The notes under the pieces are model-generated. The model had not been told where the DNA came from, searched no databases, and was given only the letters and a program-made list of their open reading frames with translations. A DNA stretch of 64,000 bases from Camelus ferus (lineage: Eukaryota). The stretch's first letter is position 1. Each line of letters opens with the position of its first letter. The stretch is taken from positions 66,466,001-66,530,000 of the forward strand of contig NC_045697.1 in the NCBI RefSeq assembly GCF_009834535.1, read 5' to 3'. Position numbers and translations under genes: made by a program. This document shows, one piece after another, positions 50,650-63,215 of the stretch.

Positions 50650-50800
50650 TCATGCTGCTTGAAACGATGTTCCTGGGCCAGCAGGTATCACCATCACCTT
50701 GGAGGGTGTTAGAAATGCAGAAACTCAAACCCCACCCCAAATCTGCGTTTTTACAGGGTCCCCAGGCAATTCGTAGGCTCTTTAGTATGGGAAGCCTTGC
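50650..50800. mobile_element. MER5A1 hAT MITE
   Basis: CCAGCAG.TATCA.CATCACCT.GGA...TGTTAGAAATGCAGAA.CTCA..CCCCACCCCA...TCCCCAGG. Confidence 0.75.
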
Positions 50801-51919
50801 TCTACATGATGCCGGCTGGATTACCTGATCCAGGATCCTTTTGGCAGTTTAATCCTTTTAGGCTGTGCCTGAATCTTTCTTTAAAAAGTCTGACAATCCT
50901 CTTGCATCCACTTACTCTGCTGCTACTAATGCATGCTGAACGTCCTTGGAATTAAGTTTAAGCTATTGTTTTCCTGCTCAAAGGACAAGGATTTCCTTCA
51001 GGAGCATAGTCAATCCAGGGCAGAGATGATCTTTTTAGACAGGTTTGAAAACTTCCTGTTTCTTTCTTCACAAGAAAATGCTGGGAATATTTGGGAGATA
51101 GGTTTGAACACACTATCATGGTCTGTGTGGTACCAGGCCTTTGAAATGCATTAATACTTGGAGTAAGTGGGAATGTTGGTAATCTTCTCTTTGTGCCTGA
51201 AAATAATGTGCACGCTACATTTGTTGAGTGCAGAGTTCCATATATGTTTGTTAGATCACTTTTCAGCTGTCACATATGCATTCCAGGCAGTGGTGAGGAG
51301 GAAGGCAAAAAATGGGCTTCTCCAAACTTAGCTACTTTCAAGAAGTCTTTCTAGAAGCCTCAGACAACACTTTGATGTTTATCACAGTGAACAGGAATTA
51401 GCCATGTAACAATACATAGCTGTGTGGGAAGCTGGAAAACACAGGATTTATTCTGGGTGGCAGTATACCCAGTTAGGAATTAGTTTTGTTTCTGAGGGAG
51501 AAAGGGAGAATAGATATTTGTAGGCAAGTGATAGTACTTGTTATATGCAGGACAGAAATTCCCTCACCTCACTAACATAACATTTATGTTTGTTACTTGC
51601 TAGTTGAAACCTGGCTCTTCTGGAAGACACTCTAATAAAATGCTACATTCTCTCCCAAGTACTACCCCACAAGGGAGTGGAGGTGTGACCTGAATTGCTC
51701 TCACTTCCCTAAACAATTTCAAGACCACCAATTCTCCTTTTAAGACCCCTTGTCCACTCGAGCCATGAGCTGTTCAGCTGCATCATGCTTCCTTCCTGTC
51801 ACTGCCAGTCGTTGGTTTCCCAATCCCTGCCCTCAGTTCACTGAAGAGCTGAGTTTCTGGGTCTCTCTCTACTCTCATCCTGAGCCATCATCCCTTTTGA
51901 CTTATTGTTCACAATGAAC

Positions 51920-52362
51920 GGCTATTTTCAACATGTGGTCCAGGGATCCTGGGTTTCTCTGAGGCCTTTCCCAGGGAGTCCATGAAGGCAAAATTACTTC
52001 TACAGTAATTCTAAGATGTTATTTCCCCTTTTCACTATCATTCTCTCACAAGGGAACAGTGGACCTTTCCAGAGGCTACGTGAAGTCTGATATTGCAACA
52101 GATTGAATGTAGGGGCAGATATGAGACTCCAGCTGCCTCCTATTAAGCCAACATTAGAAATTCACAAAAAGTAAAACAGTGTTACTTTTACCTCTTTTTT
52201 ATGAATAAGTTTATGTTAACACATAATGGTTTATCATTTTGAAATGAATTTTTTAATTTAAAATTTGAGTCTTAAGTTCTCATTCTATAAATATACATGA
52301 ACAATCTTTTTAGGGTCCTCTGGAGTGTAAAGGTTTTGTGAGGCCAAAATTGTTGACGTAGA
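51920..52362. mobile_element. Charlie4/MER80-type hAT element
   Basis: TGTGGTCCAGGGA.CCTGGG, CTAAGATGTTATTT.CCCTTTTCACT.TCATTCTCTCAC, TTTCCAGAGGCTAC, GATTGAATG.AG..GCAGATATGAGA.TCCAGCTG. Confidence 0.75.
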
Positions 52363-52736
52363 CCAATAAAAAAAATTTAATCTCAGCTTTTCAGTTCCTT
52401 GCTTATATTTACCTTGTAAGTATAATGGAAGAACAAGGGGCAGTGATTCATGGCTGACCTCCACACTCAACTATCCAGCACAAGCAACTGCCTTCTTAAT
52501 GTTTCCAATTAGATGTCTCATGGGCACCTCAGGCTCATCGTGTCAAAGCTAAATTTCATCACTTCCTCACCAAACATGTTCTTCTTCCACTTTTTCTGTT
52601 TCGGGAAAATGGCATCATGATTCACCCCATGTTTTAAACTAGAAGCCTGAAAGTAACCTTTCATGTCTCTTTCCTCCATTCTTAGGTTTAAAAATTTACC
52701 AAGTTCTGTCATTTCTACTGTCTTTGTGTGTTCATC

Positions 52737-53178
52737 TTTTTTTTTTTTAACTTTTTAATTGAAACATATCTGACATATAACATGGTGTGAGTTTAAAGTG
52801 TACAGCATGTTGATTTGATATATTTATATATTGCCATATGGTTGCCCTCATGGCATTAGCTCACACCTCTATCATGTACATAATTATTGCTTTTTTGGTG
52901 GTGGGAATAATTAAAATCTAGTCTTTTAGCAAGTTTGTTTATAATTAAATATTGCTGTCTATAATCACTGTGCTGTGCATTAGATCTCTAGGACTTACTT
53001 ATCCACTAGTTGCACGTTTATACCCTTACACAATATCTCTATTTCCCCAGCTCCTGGTAACCACCATTTTAGTCTGTTTTTATGAATTTAGCTTTTTTAG
53101 ATTCTATACATAAGTGATAGGCTGTGGAAATCTTGTCATTTGTGACAACATGCATGGACCTCGAGGACGTTATGCTAA
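52737..53178 (-). mobile_element. L1MA9-type 3' fragment with 5' inversion
   Basis: PolyT, then TTTTAATTGAAACATA..TGACATATAAC...TTTTTAGATTC.A.ACATAAGTGA to ~53119. 53126-53178 is L1 in + orientation. Confidence 0.8.
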
Positions 53179-53215
53179 TGAGACAGGCACAGAGAGGTTA
53201 TGTAATATGTTCAAT

Positions 53216-53748
53216 GTATCAGTCAGGAAAACAGATCGACTGAGTTATGGAATGAAGGATTTATCATAGTAGGAATATATATAGTATGATGAGATGTTGG
53301 GGAGGAAGGTCTTAAAGGAGAAGCTAGAAGATCAAAGAAGTCATCAGCTAGTCAATAAGATAAGCCAAGCACGTCCAGCCACTCAAGTGGGACTGTGAGG
53401 GTGCTAGTGGATGAGTTTATGGGAGCTGTTGTCTCTGAGTCTGCAGCTAAGCATTGGGTGATGGTCCTAGACCTGCTCTTGGTCAGAGGAGCCAGAGTTG
53501 AGGAGATGAGCTGAAAGGGGAGGAGAGTGAGGACAAGCTGGAACCCTCAGGCTCCTCTCAGTCTGTCAATCACTCCATCACTACATCCAACCATGAGGAC
53601 CTTCACAGGGTAATGGCTGCTGTTTCACTTTGATTTCCTAAATCTTGTGCAAGTTCCTTATCTGACCAATAACAGAACTACCTAGCGAAAGAGAATATGA
53701 AACATGATTCTCAAGTTAATCAAGCTGAAAATGGAATGATTCGGCACA
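53216..53748 (-). mobile_element. LTR41/LTR52-like ERVL LTR inserted in a MIR
   Basis: TGTATCAGTCAGG start; GGACAAGCTGGAACCC, AGGGTAATGGCTGCTG.TTCACTT, AAATCTTGTGCAAGTTCCT. MIR sequence on both sides. Confidence 0.6.
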
Positions 53749-53899
53749 CCGAAAAGTTACCAAGACTTAGCTTATCAGTGTTTGAACCAGAATTGGAACC
53801 CAAGCAGCCTGCCTCAGCTTCTGTAATGGTCCACCTTACAGTGGCCTTTGTGGTCTTGTTCAGGATTCCTCTGCCTACCTCTGCTTTCACAGATGCCTG

Positions 53900-54380
53900 C
53901 TGTACAGCCTTTGCTTCAGCCGTACTGAACTACCTCTAGTCCCCTGACTATGGGATGACCTCTGACTTTTGGGCCTGTGCACCAGAACACTCTGCCTTTC
54001 CTTAGTCTTTGGCCAAATGTTATTTTCCTTTGGGGGTGTCAGCTAAGCTGTCACTGCCTCTAGAATGACTTCCTTATCCCCTAAAGACTGGTGTAAGTAC
54101 CCCTGTCTGATAGGATCTAATGCTTGCTGCTGTCTTAGGACTTACCACATACCCTCTACCAGGGCAGAGGCCTGTGTGTTTTGTTCACTGCTCTATACTT
54201 AACACCTAGCATAGTGGCTAATAAAACATGAGTAAATAACCACACTGTTTAGTAATTTCTTATTTATTAAACTCCCTCCCTGGACTATAAACTCAGCTGA
54301 GATGGATTTTGGTCTTGCCTAATGTATCCTCAGCATACAGCATAATGTCTATTCATATAATATGTTGAATTAATGAGGCG
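53900..54380 (+). mobile_element. L2 3' fragments
   Basis: AGGGCAGAGGCCTGTG.GTTTTGTTCACTGCT.TAT.C...CACCTAGCATAGTG.CT. Confidence 0.6.
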
Positions 54381-57222
54381 GAAATACCTGTGAAAGCTTA
54401 CAATTTTGATAATCAGTTGAATATGTTCTCTACCTGGTGAATTAGGTAGACAAAGACTCAGTGAGAATTAACTTAGAATTATATATTCTTTAGCTTAAAT
54501 AATTAGATTCATTAATCACTCTTCTCTGTTCATCTGAGTACGTTAAGGTAAATTTATACCATGAAATTCTAGGTTGGTTTTAGTGACACCACAGTGAAAC
54601 TGATTTCTTAAAAAGATCCAAGGGTAGCCAACAATAAGGATGTGAATAAATTGTCGTTATTAGGAATCGAAAAAAATACTTTGACTGACTTTGAAAATTC
54701 TGCTGATTATCCCGTTACACTTGATTACTGGGAGAGTACATCTAACAATCCCGCTTGCTCACAAATTCTGTTAAAGTCCAGGGCATGAAGTAATCCCAGT
54801 GCCCCTTCAGAAGGAGCCTGCAATCCAGATGTAGTATATAGAAAGGTAGAGTTAGTAATGTGTTTTCTGTGAAAATACACTGGCTTCAATAGGAAAAGCA
54901 AAGTGAGAGACCATGCTGCACATGAATGTGAGTCCTAAATCTTCTAAACCCCTTCATAAGAAAAAAGCATGGAGGAGGAAATGACATGGACTAGAACCGA
55001 CCTAGGAGAAGGTCCGGAACGTGTGCTCAGTGCGATGGTGGTATGCCACAGGGGAAGGATGCGGACAGCTTCCAGAGGTCAAATTGATAGCATCTGCCAC
55101 CTACACTGAACGTTAGAAGATAAGCCTTTGAGAGATAAAGGAGAAAGTTTTAAATAACTAGCATGTCATAAAGTTCTGCTTATATTAACAGAAGATGTTA
55201 ATCAGTGTAACCATAAGTGTTAATTAGCAAGTTGATGAAGCTGGGTTCTATGTGTATTCTCTGAAGGGCAATTATTCGTTACTATGAGATTTATTCCTTG
55301 ATGAGTGTCAAGAAATTCAAGTGTTGGCTGAGCCTGGGTGAAAGATGAGATGTTGATAACATGCATAACCATTGTGGAAATTCAAATGTAGAACTTTCTG
55401 TTTAAACAAATGATTATGGTTAAAGTAGAAGTGCAAACAGGGTCACCATTCATGACATGTCAGTTCTTTCCCTGCTGCAGTCATAGGTTTCTCACCTGCA
55501 CAGTAACACCCGTATGATTGCAACAGAATAGACCATGACTAAAGGATTTGCAAAGACCTTGCTTTACAAGAAAATAAAAACAGAAACAGATAAGAAATCA
55601 AGAAAGTCTTGTGAATTGCTGTTTAATGAATTCCCTATACTTAAGGAACTACAAAGCTAGGCTACGGGGAATTCAACTGTCTGAATCTTCTTTTGTTTCC
55701 AAATCTGTTACATTTATATTGACATATTCTAGGTATACTTTAGGGAGACCTTGGACCTAAATTTTGGAGGAGTTAGTTTTAAAGAAATGAAAATCTTTAT
55801 CAGGGCTTCCCATCTGTTACTATATCAAGGCCTACATGTTAGGAATATGTGGAATACAGTACAGCCTGGTCATGGTTATATAGAAATAAATGCTGTTTTT
55901 TGTTTTTTTTTTAAATACTACAATTCAGGATTCTTCAGTAATCTATTATCCCAGCGGTATACTGAAATATGCTTTCAAATCGTTACTTGTTCATCGGGAA
56001 GTAAAGTGATGAAGTAGAATGGTAAGGAATTCGGAGGCTAATGTGTTTTTGGTGTCACAGATAGTAAAGCTTGTAGGTAATTGGATTCCTAATCTCGGCA
56101 CCTCCCCATGAGCATCACACATGCACACTCGTCTGTCACACTCCCACAGGAATGTCATGGAGTGTGAACGTCACTGAGACGACAACAGCATCCACAGAAA
56201 CGATACCTTGGCCACCTATACACTAATTTTATGCCCTCAGAATACTGTGTACTAAATAGAAAATTGTGAAGTTGCTAAATACAAAACTATGAATATCAGT
56301 AACTATGAGATTATGGTGAGTTGCAGATACATTAATGATTGACTTGAAACATCCTACAGAATGATTTTAAAGCCCTCACAGTCATTAGCTTCTTGGTCCA
56401 TTGCTTTCTCCTCAAAGTACAGTGACTTGGGCAGCATAAGGTGGCAACTTTATTAATGAGTACCGTTTCTCCAGGTGGATTTCTCTCTGCCTGGGGGACA
56501 TTCTTCATGCTTATCTGGTATCTTTTGCTTGTTAACTCCATTCAGACTACTGTCTCTGGTTTCCATACAATGTGCACAGCAGACGATTCTTAGCCCATGT
56601 ACCAGACTTCTGGGCAGCTTTGCGGCCCCTTTGTAGAGCTGATACTTGCAGTCTGAAGGATGATCTGTCCCTATTTCAGAACTCATGTTACAGTATCAGT
56701 ATGGCTGAACGTCATTTATTTTTTCATTCTGTTATATGTATCTCCAGTACATATAGGTCAGAAAAACTAGTATGATGCCCGATGTGATTTATCTACTTAC
56801 TGAGTAAGCATGTATTCACATTGATTAATATGCTACAGAGTATGCTCTGGGGATACAGAAATGCAAAGATACAGCCCCAACCTCAAGTTTAGCAACCAGT
56901 AGAGGAGAAAGATGAAATAAAAACTTCAAGCATTCAAATTATATTGAATTTTAAGACTCAGAACAAAACAAAAGGGGACCTGAATTAAAATATTTACTCA
57001 CTCCCTTTTAATGTTGGAATTTCAATCAAGTATAAAGTGGTATCTTTAATATTAAATGATATTGAAAGTCCTCTGTGGCGTCTGCATAATTTTGTCATTA
57101 ACATTTCATGGTCTGTGATACTGCGTCCATAGGTAACAGCACTGAAGTAATGTTAACGTTAGGAAACAGATGGTAACATATCTGCAGTCATTAACTGTTT
57201 ACCTCTTTTTGCTTCCCAATAG

Positions 57223-57236
57223 AACAACATTCTGAG
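57223..57236 (+). other. Candidate 14-nt micro-exon
   Basis: TCATTAAC...CTCTTTTTGCTTCCCAATAG|AACAACATTCTGAG|GTTAGT. Confidence 0.3.
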
Positions 57237-57336
57237 GTTAGTTCATGGTTCTAGAAAGGTCTATCACTAACAGCAAAAAGAACGATAGATTTGGTTAAAA
57301 GTACTTTAGTCAATCCATGCATCAGCTTGCACTTTT

Positions 57337-57407
57337 TTTTTTGTTTTGCAGTTACACAATTGATTGTTTTCTTTCACAACTGCATAGTTTTTTTTTCTTT
57401 TTTTTTT
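57337..57407 (-). mobile_element. Short L1-mediated (TPRT) insertion without recognisable element body
   Basis: Perfect 17-bp TSD CATCAGCTTGCACTTTT (57320-57336, 57408-57424) ending at TTTT/AA. T-tracts at both ends of a 45-bp core. Confidence 0.75.
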
Positions 57408-57459
57408 CATCAGCTTGCACTTTTAATATGTGGCAGTATTCATAAGCTCTGTGGTTGGG

Positions 57460-57685
57460 GGTATGCTGGTTAAGAATGAGTTCTTCATCCTAAAAAACCT
57501 GAGTTTAAATATCCATTCCATCATGTACTAGCTTGATATCTTAGCAAGTTACTTTCTCAAAACCTCATTTTTCTCATCCATTAAGATGATGGCATTAATA
57601 GTAACCATGATTAAATGAGATAAAGTAAATTCTAAAGTACCTGGTACTATAATAGGCAATGAACGCATCATAGCCATTATTTATA
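57460..57685 (+). mobile_element. MIR SINE
   Basis: GGTTAAGA...ACCTGAGTTTAAAT...TACTAGC...GCAAGTTACTT...CCTCA.TTTTCTCATC. Confidence 0.75.
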
Positions 57686-58050
57686 CCATATTAGTACTGT
57701 TCTCGTTATATCATTTCACCCCTAAATTTCATTTTATTTAACCTATAATAGGAGTGTGTGTGAGAAGAATCGATCTGTTCTTACTCTTCCATAAGAGCAC
57801 TTGGTGGATGAAACAGGAATGCTATGAAGTTGATAATACGTTGACATGTTATTTATTCATTCCTCATGTATTTATCAAATCCTTAATATGTGTCAGGTTG
57901 CTAATGGTGTGTTTGTGTCCTGAAGGAGCTTTCATTTGCATCAGAAAACATCTTGAAACACCGTGTTCAGATATGAATGCTCTGAAAATCTGACGTTCTC
58001 AGCAGTGTGATGATTTGATGGCTATTTTCTACCATTTAGAGGATAATAGT

Positions 58051-58409
58051 TGTTATTGACTGAATGTTTGTGTCCTCCTGAAATTCAGACCTTGAGATCC
58101 TAACACTTAATTGGTATTAAGAGACTGGACCTTTGGGAGGTAATTGGGTCAGGAAGGTGACGCCTTCGTGAATGGAAATTAGTGCCTTTATGAGGTGGAT
58201 GAAGGGCCCAGAGCTTTGGTTTTCTGCCATGTGAGAATACAGTGGGCAGTCAGTCACCTGCATCCTGGAAGACTGTCCTTACCAGAATGTGAGCTAGCTA
58301 GCACCCCGATCTCAGACTCCCTGCCTCTGGAACTGTGAGAAAGAAATTTATTGTTTAAGCCACCCAGTCTGTAGTATTTTTGTTACAGCAGCCTGATTTG
58401 AATAAGATA
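58051..58409 (+). mobile_element. MLT1A0-type MaLR solo LTR
   Basis: TGTTATTGACTGAATGTTTGTGTCC...TTTAAGCCACCCAGTCTGTAGTATTTTTGTTACAGCAGCC. Perfect 5-bp TSD ATAGT at 58046-58050 and 58410-58414. Confidence 0.9.
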
Positions 58410-58809
58410 ATAGTCTTTACATTCCTGAGCAAGGAATGAAGAAATTTTGCCCCTGAGACAGTCACTCCCATGCCTAACTGGACTTCCATCCACTGGGCTC
58501 TCCCCATCCCACACCCAACCCAAACTACAGGTTGGTCGGGCCATTTTGTGCTAGGCCACTGCTTGTCCTGATCTTACAGTAAATAAGCTGATGTGTGTTT
58601 TCTTCTCAAAAATTTTTGTTTTTAATTTTTTTGTTTTTATTAATCCCTCCCCCAAAACACCTATGTATCCTGCTGCCCATATAACCCACGTGTAGGGTGT
58701 TAATTGTTTCAAAGACCTTTTTTGAGTGGCTGATGCAATTGGAAATTCAGCCTCATGATTCTAACACAATCGTGAAGTTTTATAGTTCTGTTTCTCTTTA
58801 GCAGCAAAG

Positions 58810-59185
58810 ATACATGGAACACCTATTATGTGCTAGGCCGTATGCTATGTTAAGAATATAAAAAGATGTAAAATACATTAGAGTGGTAATGCAGAAGTAT
58901 GAGAAGGCATGACTAACATGCCTGGGAAATGAAGACCTGTCTTATGAAAGGAAAGACATTTGACTATGGTCTAGAAGGTGAACCTCAGATAAGGAAGGGG
59001 GATAGTTGTCAGGGGGCCAGATGGTATACTAGCCAGGAGAAATTGTGGGAGGTGTGAAGATATTTGGCAAGCTGTCTGTGAGGCTGGAAAATTTGGCAAG
59101 AGATGTGGCTGGAATTGGATGCTGAGGTCACATTGTGATGAGCCCTGAAGGTCCGGCAAATGAAAACCTCAGCATTTTATTAGCA
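58810..59185 (-). mobile_element. L2 fragment
   Basis: ACACCTATTATGTGCTAGGC..T.TGCTA; GAGATG.GGCTGGA. Confidence 0.5.
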
Positions 59186-60794
59186 AGTGTGTTATAATCA
59201 GACCTTCAACACTTCATGCATTTTGATTTCCTATGTAAATGTTTAGCTCAACTTAATAGTGTTACTTAACAAAATCACAAATGCTATCTGTGTTTTCAAA
59301 CAGAATTCTGCCAGAAAGAAAGATACATTTTAGAATGTAATGTCTTTACATTCCTCCTTGATTTTTTTGCTTTCTCGTTCCTGCTACTTTTTTTTTTGGT
59401 TGGAGGATTTGTTTTCTCTTTGGTCCTTTCCTCCTTAGACTTCACTTCTGTCATTTTCCTTTCTGTTAATAGTAGTGTGAAACTTCCAGGATTTGTTCAC
59501 AGATTGCCAAAGAAGGCTGTGGCTTTATCCTGCAGGATCCCCTGGAGTTAATCAATTTTTCTATTTTATTTGGTGGTGCAGAAATCTGTACAGCTTTTGA
59601 CGCTCTACTATGAATGTCTTCACAGTGTATCATTCCAAAGTGTATGGTATTCTTATAGGTAGGAATGTCAGTAAGGACTTCCTAAAATGTCTTTAAGTTT
59701 ATGCAGATATGTTCAGTATTGTTCTGACATTAACAGTGTTGAATCTTTGGGAATTTATATAAGGCACAAAACTCTGAACTCATGGAACAGAGGTTAAACT
59801 TCTTTATTAGTTTAAAACAGTTCTGTCGAGTGAAGAACTTATGATGGAAAGAATGGGCTTCATTTAATGAGTCAAACCCCCTCATTTTCAGGTAGTTTAA
59901 CTGGAGACTTGCTTTTCACGTGTTTTTGTTCCGAACTTTCCTGTTCTTTTTTTCTAGTTCAGAAGGGAAATGGTTGCTGTATGTTTCTTCCCGAGACACA
60001 CACTGTAAATATACTGTGAGTCAGGAAAACACTGAGAAGTTCCAAGGTTGGCAAATCACTTTAGAAGGAAAAAGTCATTAGGAACATGAGACTCCAAAGA
60101 AACAGATGTAAGAATTTTTATAAGTTTCATTGCAGAATTTTTCCCTAATTTTCCAGTTTTAGGAATTATGTAGGTGTATGGGTCAGGATGGTTCAGAAAA
60201 AAAGATGCTCAGGCTTTAGAAATTTTAAAAAATTGAAATGAAATGACATTGTATTCAAATCCAATTTCAAAGAGATTAATTTATGTCAGGCCTTGGATAA
60301 TTTGGCAGCATATAAATAGGTAGGTATTACATCTGCTTTTATTAAGACAAATTGGAAAAATGCTGACAGCAAAAGAAAAATCATTTTAGCATTTCTACTT
60401 CAGATTTTCTTCATAGATTATTTCTGTTTCAATTGAGGAATTCTGTTTTTCTTGAACTTACATATTGGACAACATAAATTTAGTTCTAGCTGTAGAACTA
60501 GAATCTGTTATTTTTTCCTGTATGCAATCATAATTGTTTTAAATAAAATCAAATAAAGAGAACAGAAAATAGTATGGAAGTTTTAGGATACAAGTATGGA
60601 AGCAATTTGTGAATTTTAATTGTGAGATTATCACTGATACGTTATGCGTCAGAGTGAATTGTCAACATTCATATTAATATTGAAGTTATTTAATAGCCAT
60701 TCTAACACTATGAACATAATATTTGTATGAATTATGTCATATTTATGTTGTATTTGTGTTAATATTTTAAATTATTCACTTTCAGTCTGTTAAA

Positions 60795-60945
60795 TATAGA
60801 CTCAAAGTAGAAAGGAGTCTCAGAGATTTTTGGTCTGCCTTCCCACTCACTGGAGGATCCTCTTCCGTAATATTCCATCTCTACCTCTGAATGCTCGCAA
60901 TGGGAATCTCACTATCTTATGATGCAATCTGCTACACAATGTTAA
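60795..60945 (-). mobile_element. L3/CR1-like fragment
   Basis: AAAGTAGAAAGGA.TCTCAGAGAT...CCTCTGAATGCT..CAATGGGAA.CTCACTA.CTT. Confidence 0.4.
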
Positions 60946-61347
60946 AGATTCTGACTTTGAGTTAAACTCACTCATATCTCGCTAGCAAAAGTAGTTTGTT
61001 TAAAAAAAAAAAAAGGTTGCGGAGAGTAGTAAAAGACAAGGAAGGAATCCCCAGAAAGTTCACAGCTTGGCAGAGGACCCAGCCAAAGGCATTAAGTGCT
61101 GACCCAGAGGGGGACATGTTAAAAGCCACAGACCCTATTGCTTCCCATGTTCCTGGCATCACCAGCTTTGAACCCAGGTGCTAGGTTTCCAAGAAGCTTA
61201 GGAAACTGTTTAACAAACTATAAAGGACTCAAATACTTTGCCTTTCCATACTTTCTGGGATCCGTTTCACATATTATCTTAGATTCAAGATCTCTAGGTA
61301 TTTTTGTCTGGTATCTGTTGGATACTTGAAAATGTGCTAACTACTAG

Positions 61348-61598
61348 AGCGTAGTTTTGTACACGGAATAAGCCTGAGGTGTTGTAGCCACACTGCCTGG
61401 GTTCATATCTTGCCTCTTCTACTTGGTAGCATGGCCTTCAGCATGTTATCTAACTTCTCTGTGCCTCAGTTTCCTCATCTGTAAAATGGGGAATAAAATA
61501 GTACCTACCTTATCATGAGATCTCAACGTATTCATCTGTATGAGGTACTTAGTAGTGTGCCTACCACGTGGTAGTTAACAAATTTGGCTTCTATTATA
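61348..61598 (+). mobile_element. MIR SINE
   Basis: CTGCCTGGGTTCA.ATC...TAACTTCTCTGTGCCTCAGTTTCCTCATCTGTAAAATGGGG...ATAGTACCTACCT. Confidence 0.9.
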
Positions 61599-62189
61599 GA
61601 AGCTACATACTTTGCCAGTATGTACACATTCTTACATTAACAAGCAAGGATTTAAAAACTCCAGTTGAGGGGTTTAAGCTCTAATTTTGTGTATGTAGTC
61701 AACACATTAGCAGTGGGTTATAAGACAACCATAGCAGTATGAATCATGGGGAAAGAAAACAGTTTTCTTCCTTCTGCTGAAATATCTTTCACCTGATTCC
61801 TAATATATCTCAGAAAAAGATTCTTTTTATGCCACATCTTGAGAGAAATAACTTAAAAGCACTCTGGAATGCTACTTACCATAATGGTGGTTAGATCCCT
61901 TATAGTTTGGGAAGAGGGGGAGGTGGAAAAGGGAAAGATGTGGGAGTAAGGATATGGATGAAGAGAAAACAGTTGGAGAAAGGGGATGCTGAAAGCACAG
62001 AAGCAAGCTCACTAAATCACTTCCTCAGATCTGTACCACATGTAAATTCTCAAAACAGTATGAGTCCAGTAAGGCTAGGCAGATGTCTTCCTTCATGGGA
62101 AGTATGCCTGTGATTTCTGTGAGAGTCCTTGCTTTTGCTGCTCTGGTGTCCTCTCCTGAGATACCTGGAACTTTGAGATGACTGACTTT

Positions 62190-63215
62190 TACAATTGGAT
62201 GAAAAAAGAAATTGTGCTTTTGCTCAGATTTGTCATCCCACCAAACTAAGCCTTTCCCTCCTCTTCTGAACAGCTTCTCCCTCAGTGGTCCCTGTTGCCT
62301 TTAAAAGCACCACCATCCCAGGCTGCAAGGCCAGGGAATCAGCTTGTACAACTCTATCTGAAGTGTTCAAGTCTGCTGGTTATCTTGGTAGCCACGTCAC
62401 TATCTTGGTTTAAATCTTCACTCTTTACATGAGCCTCTTAATTAGTTCTGTGCTTCCATTTCTCCCACTCTGGGTACCTCTAAACGATCTTCTGACAGTC
62501 CCAATCCACTATTTAACACCTTGGTTTAAAAGTCTCTACAATTAGACCTGGGTGATATATAGTCCTCTGTCTGTGTTTAAAGCCTTCGGGCAAGTGATTC
62601 AGGCTGGCAGGGTGCAAATGTCTGGGGCAGTTGGTGTGTGTCCGTGTTGAGAGGGCTGTTCAGTGACTTCATTTGTTTTGTGATTCTCTTGGAGGCTAGA
62701 TACTGTACATAAAGTCCTCAAATTCCCTCTGGAAAAAAAATCTCTAAGACTTCCCCATCACCTAACAAGGAAAAATCTTCCATTAGCATATCTGACAAGG
62801 TCATACCTGAACCCTGCTTAGCTGAGATTCATCTGCTACACCTTCTCCTCACAACTTGGGTAGCATCTCCGAGCTACCAGCTGCTCACTCAATGCGCTCA
62901 GCTTTTTCATTCTGTTCCTTCTACTTAGAATGCTTACTCCTTTTCTAACTGCTCTTTGGTCTATAAAGATCCTTCATGTCCCTGATAAACTGTGACCACT
63001 TGGTGTGCGGTTTTCCTCCCATTCCCAGATAGAATAATTCCTTTTCCTGTGCTCCAGTAGTTGTTGTGTTCATGTATTGATGACTGTACTTCTCACGGAA
63101 TGTCCTAATTTAAAAAATATACATCCTCTTAAGACTTTCAAGAATTTAAATCTCAAACATGAGTGCATCGTATGCCATAGGTATTCAATCAAGTAGATTG
63201 TTGAATGGCTTATAA
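62190..63215 (+). mobile_element. Decayed L2 fragments
   Basis: GCACCACCATCC, TTCCCCATCACCTA, TGTTCCTTCTACTTAGAATGC, TAGGTATTCAAT.A...TTGTTGAATG tail. Confidence 0.5.

Noticed and set aside
57350..57370. CAATTGATTGTT match to Y1 RNA (Y RNA pseudogene)
   Set aside because: Only ~12 nt match, no Y RNA terminal stems, and the orientation is opposite to the insertion's A-tail.
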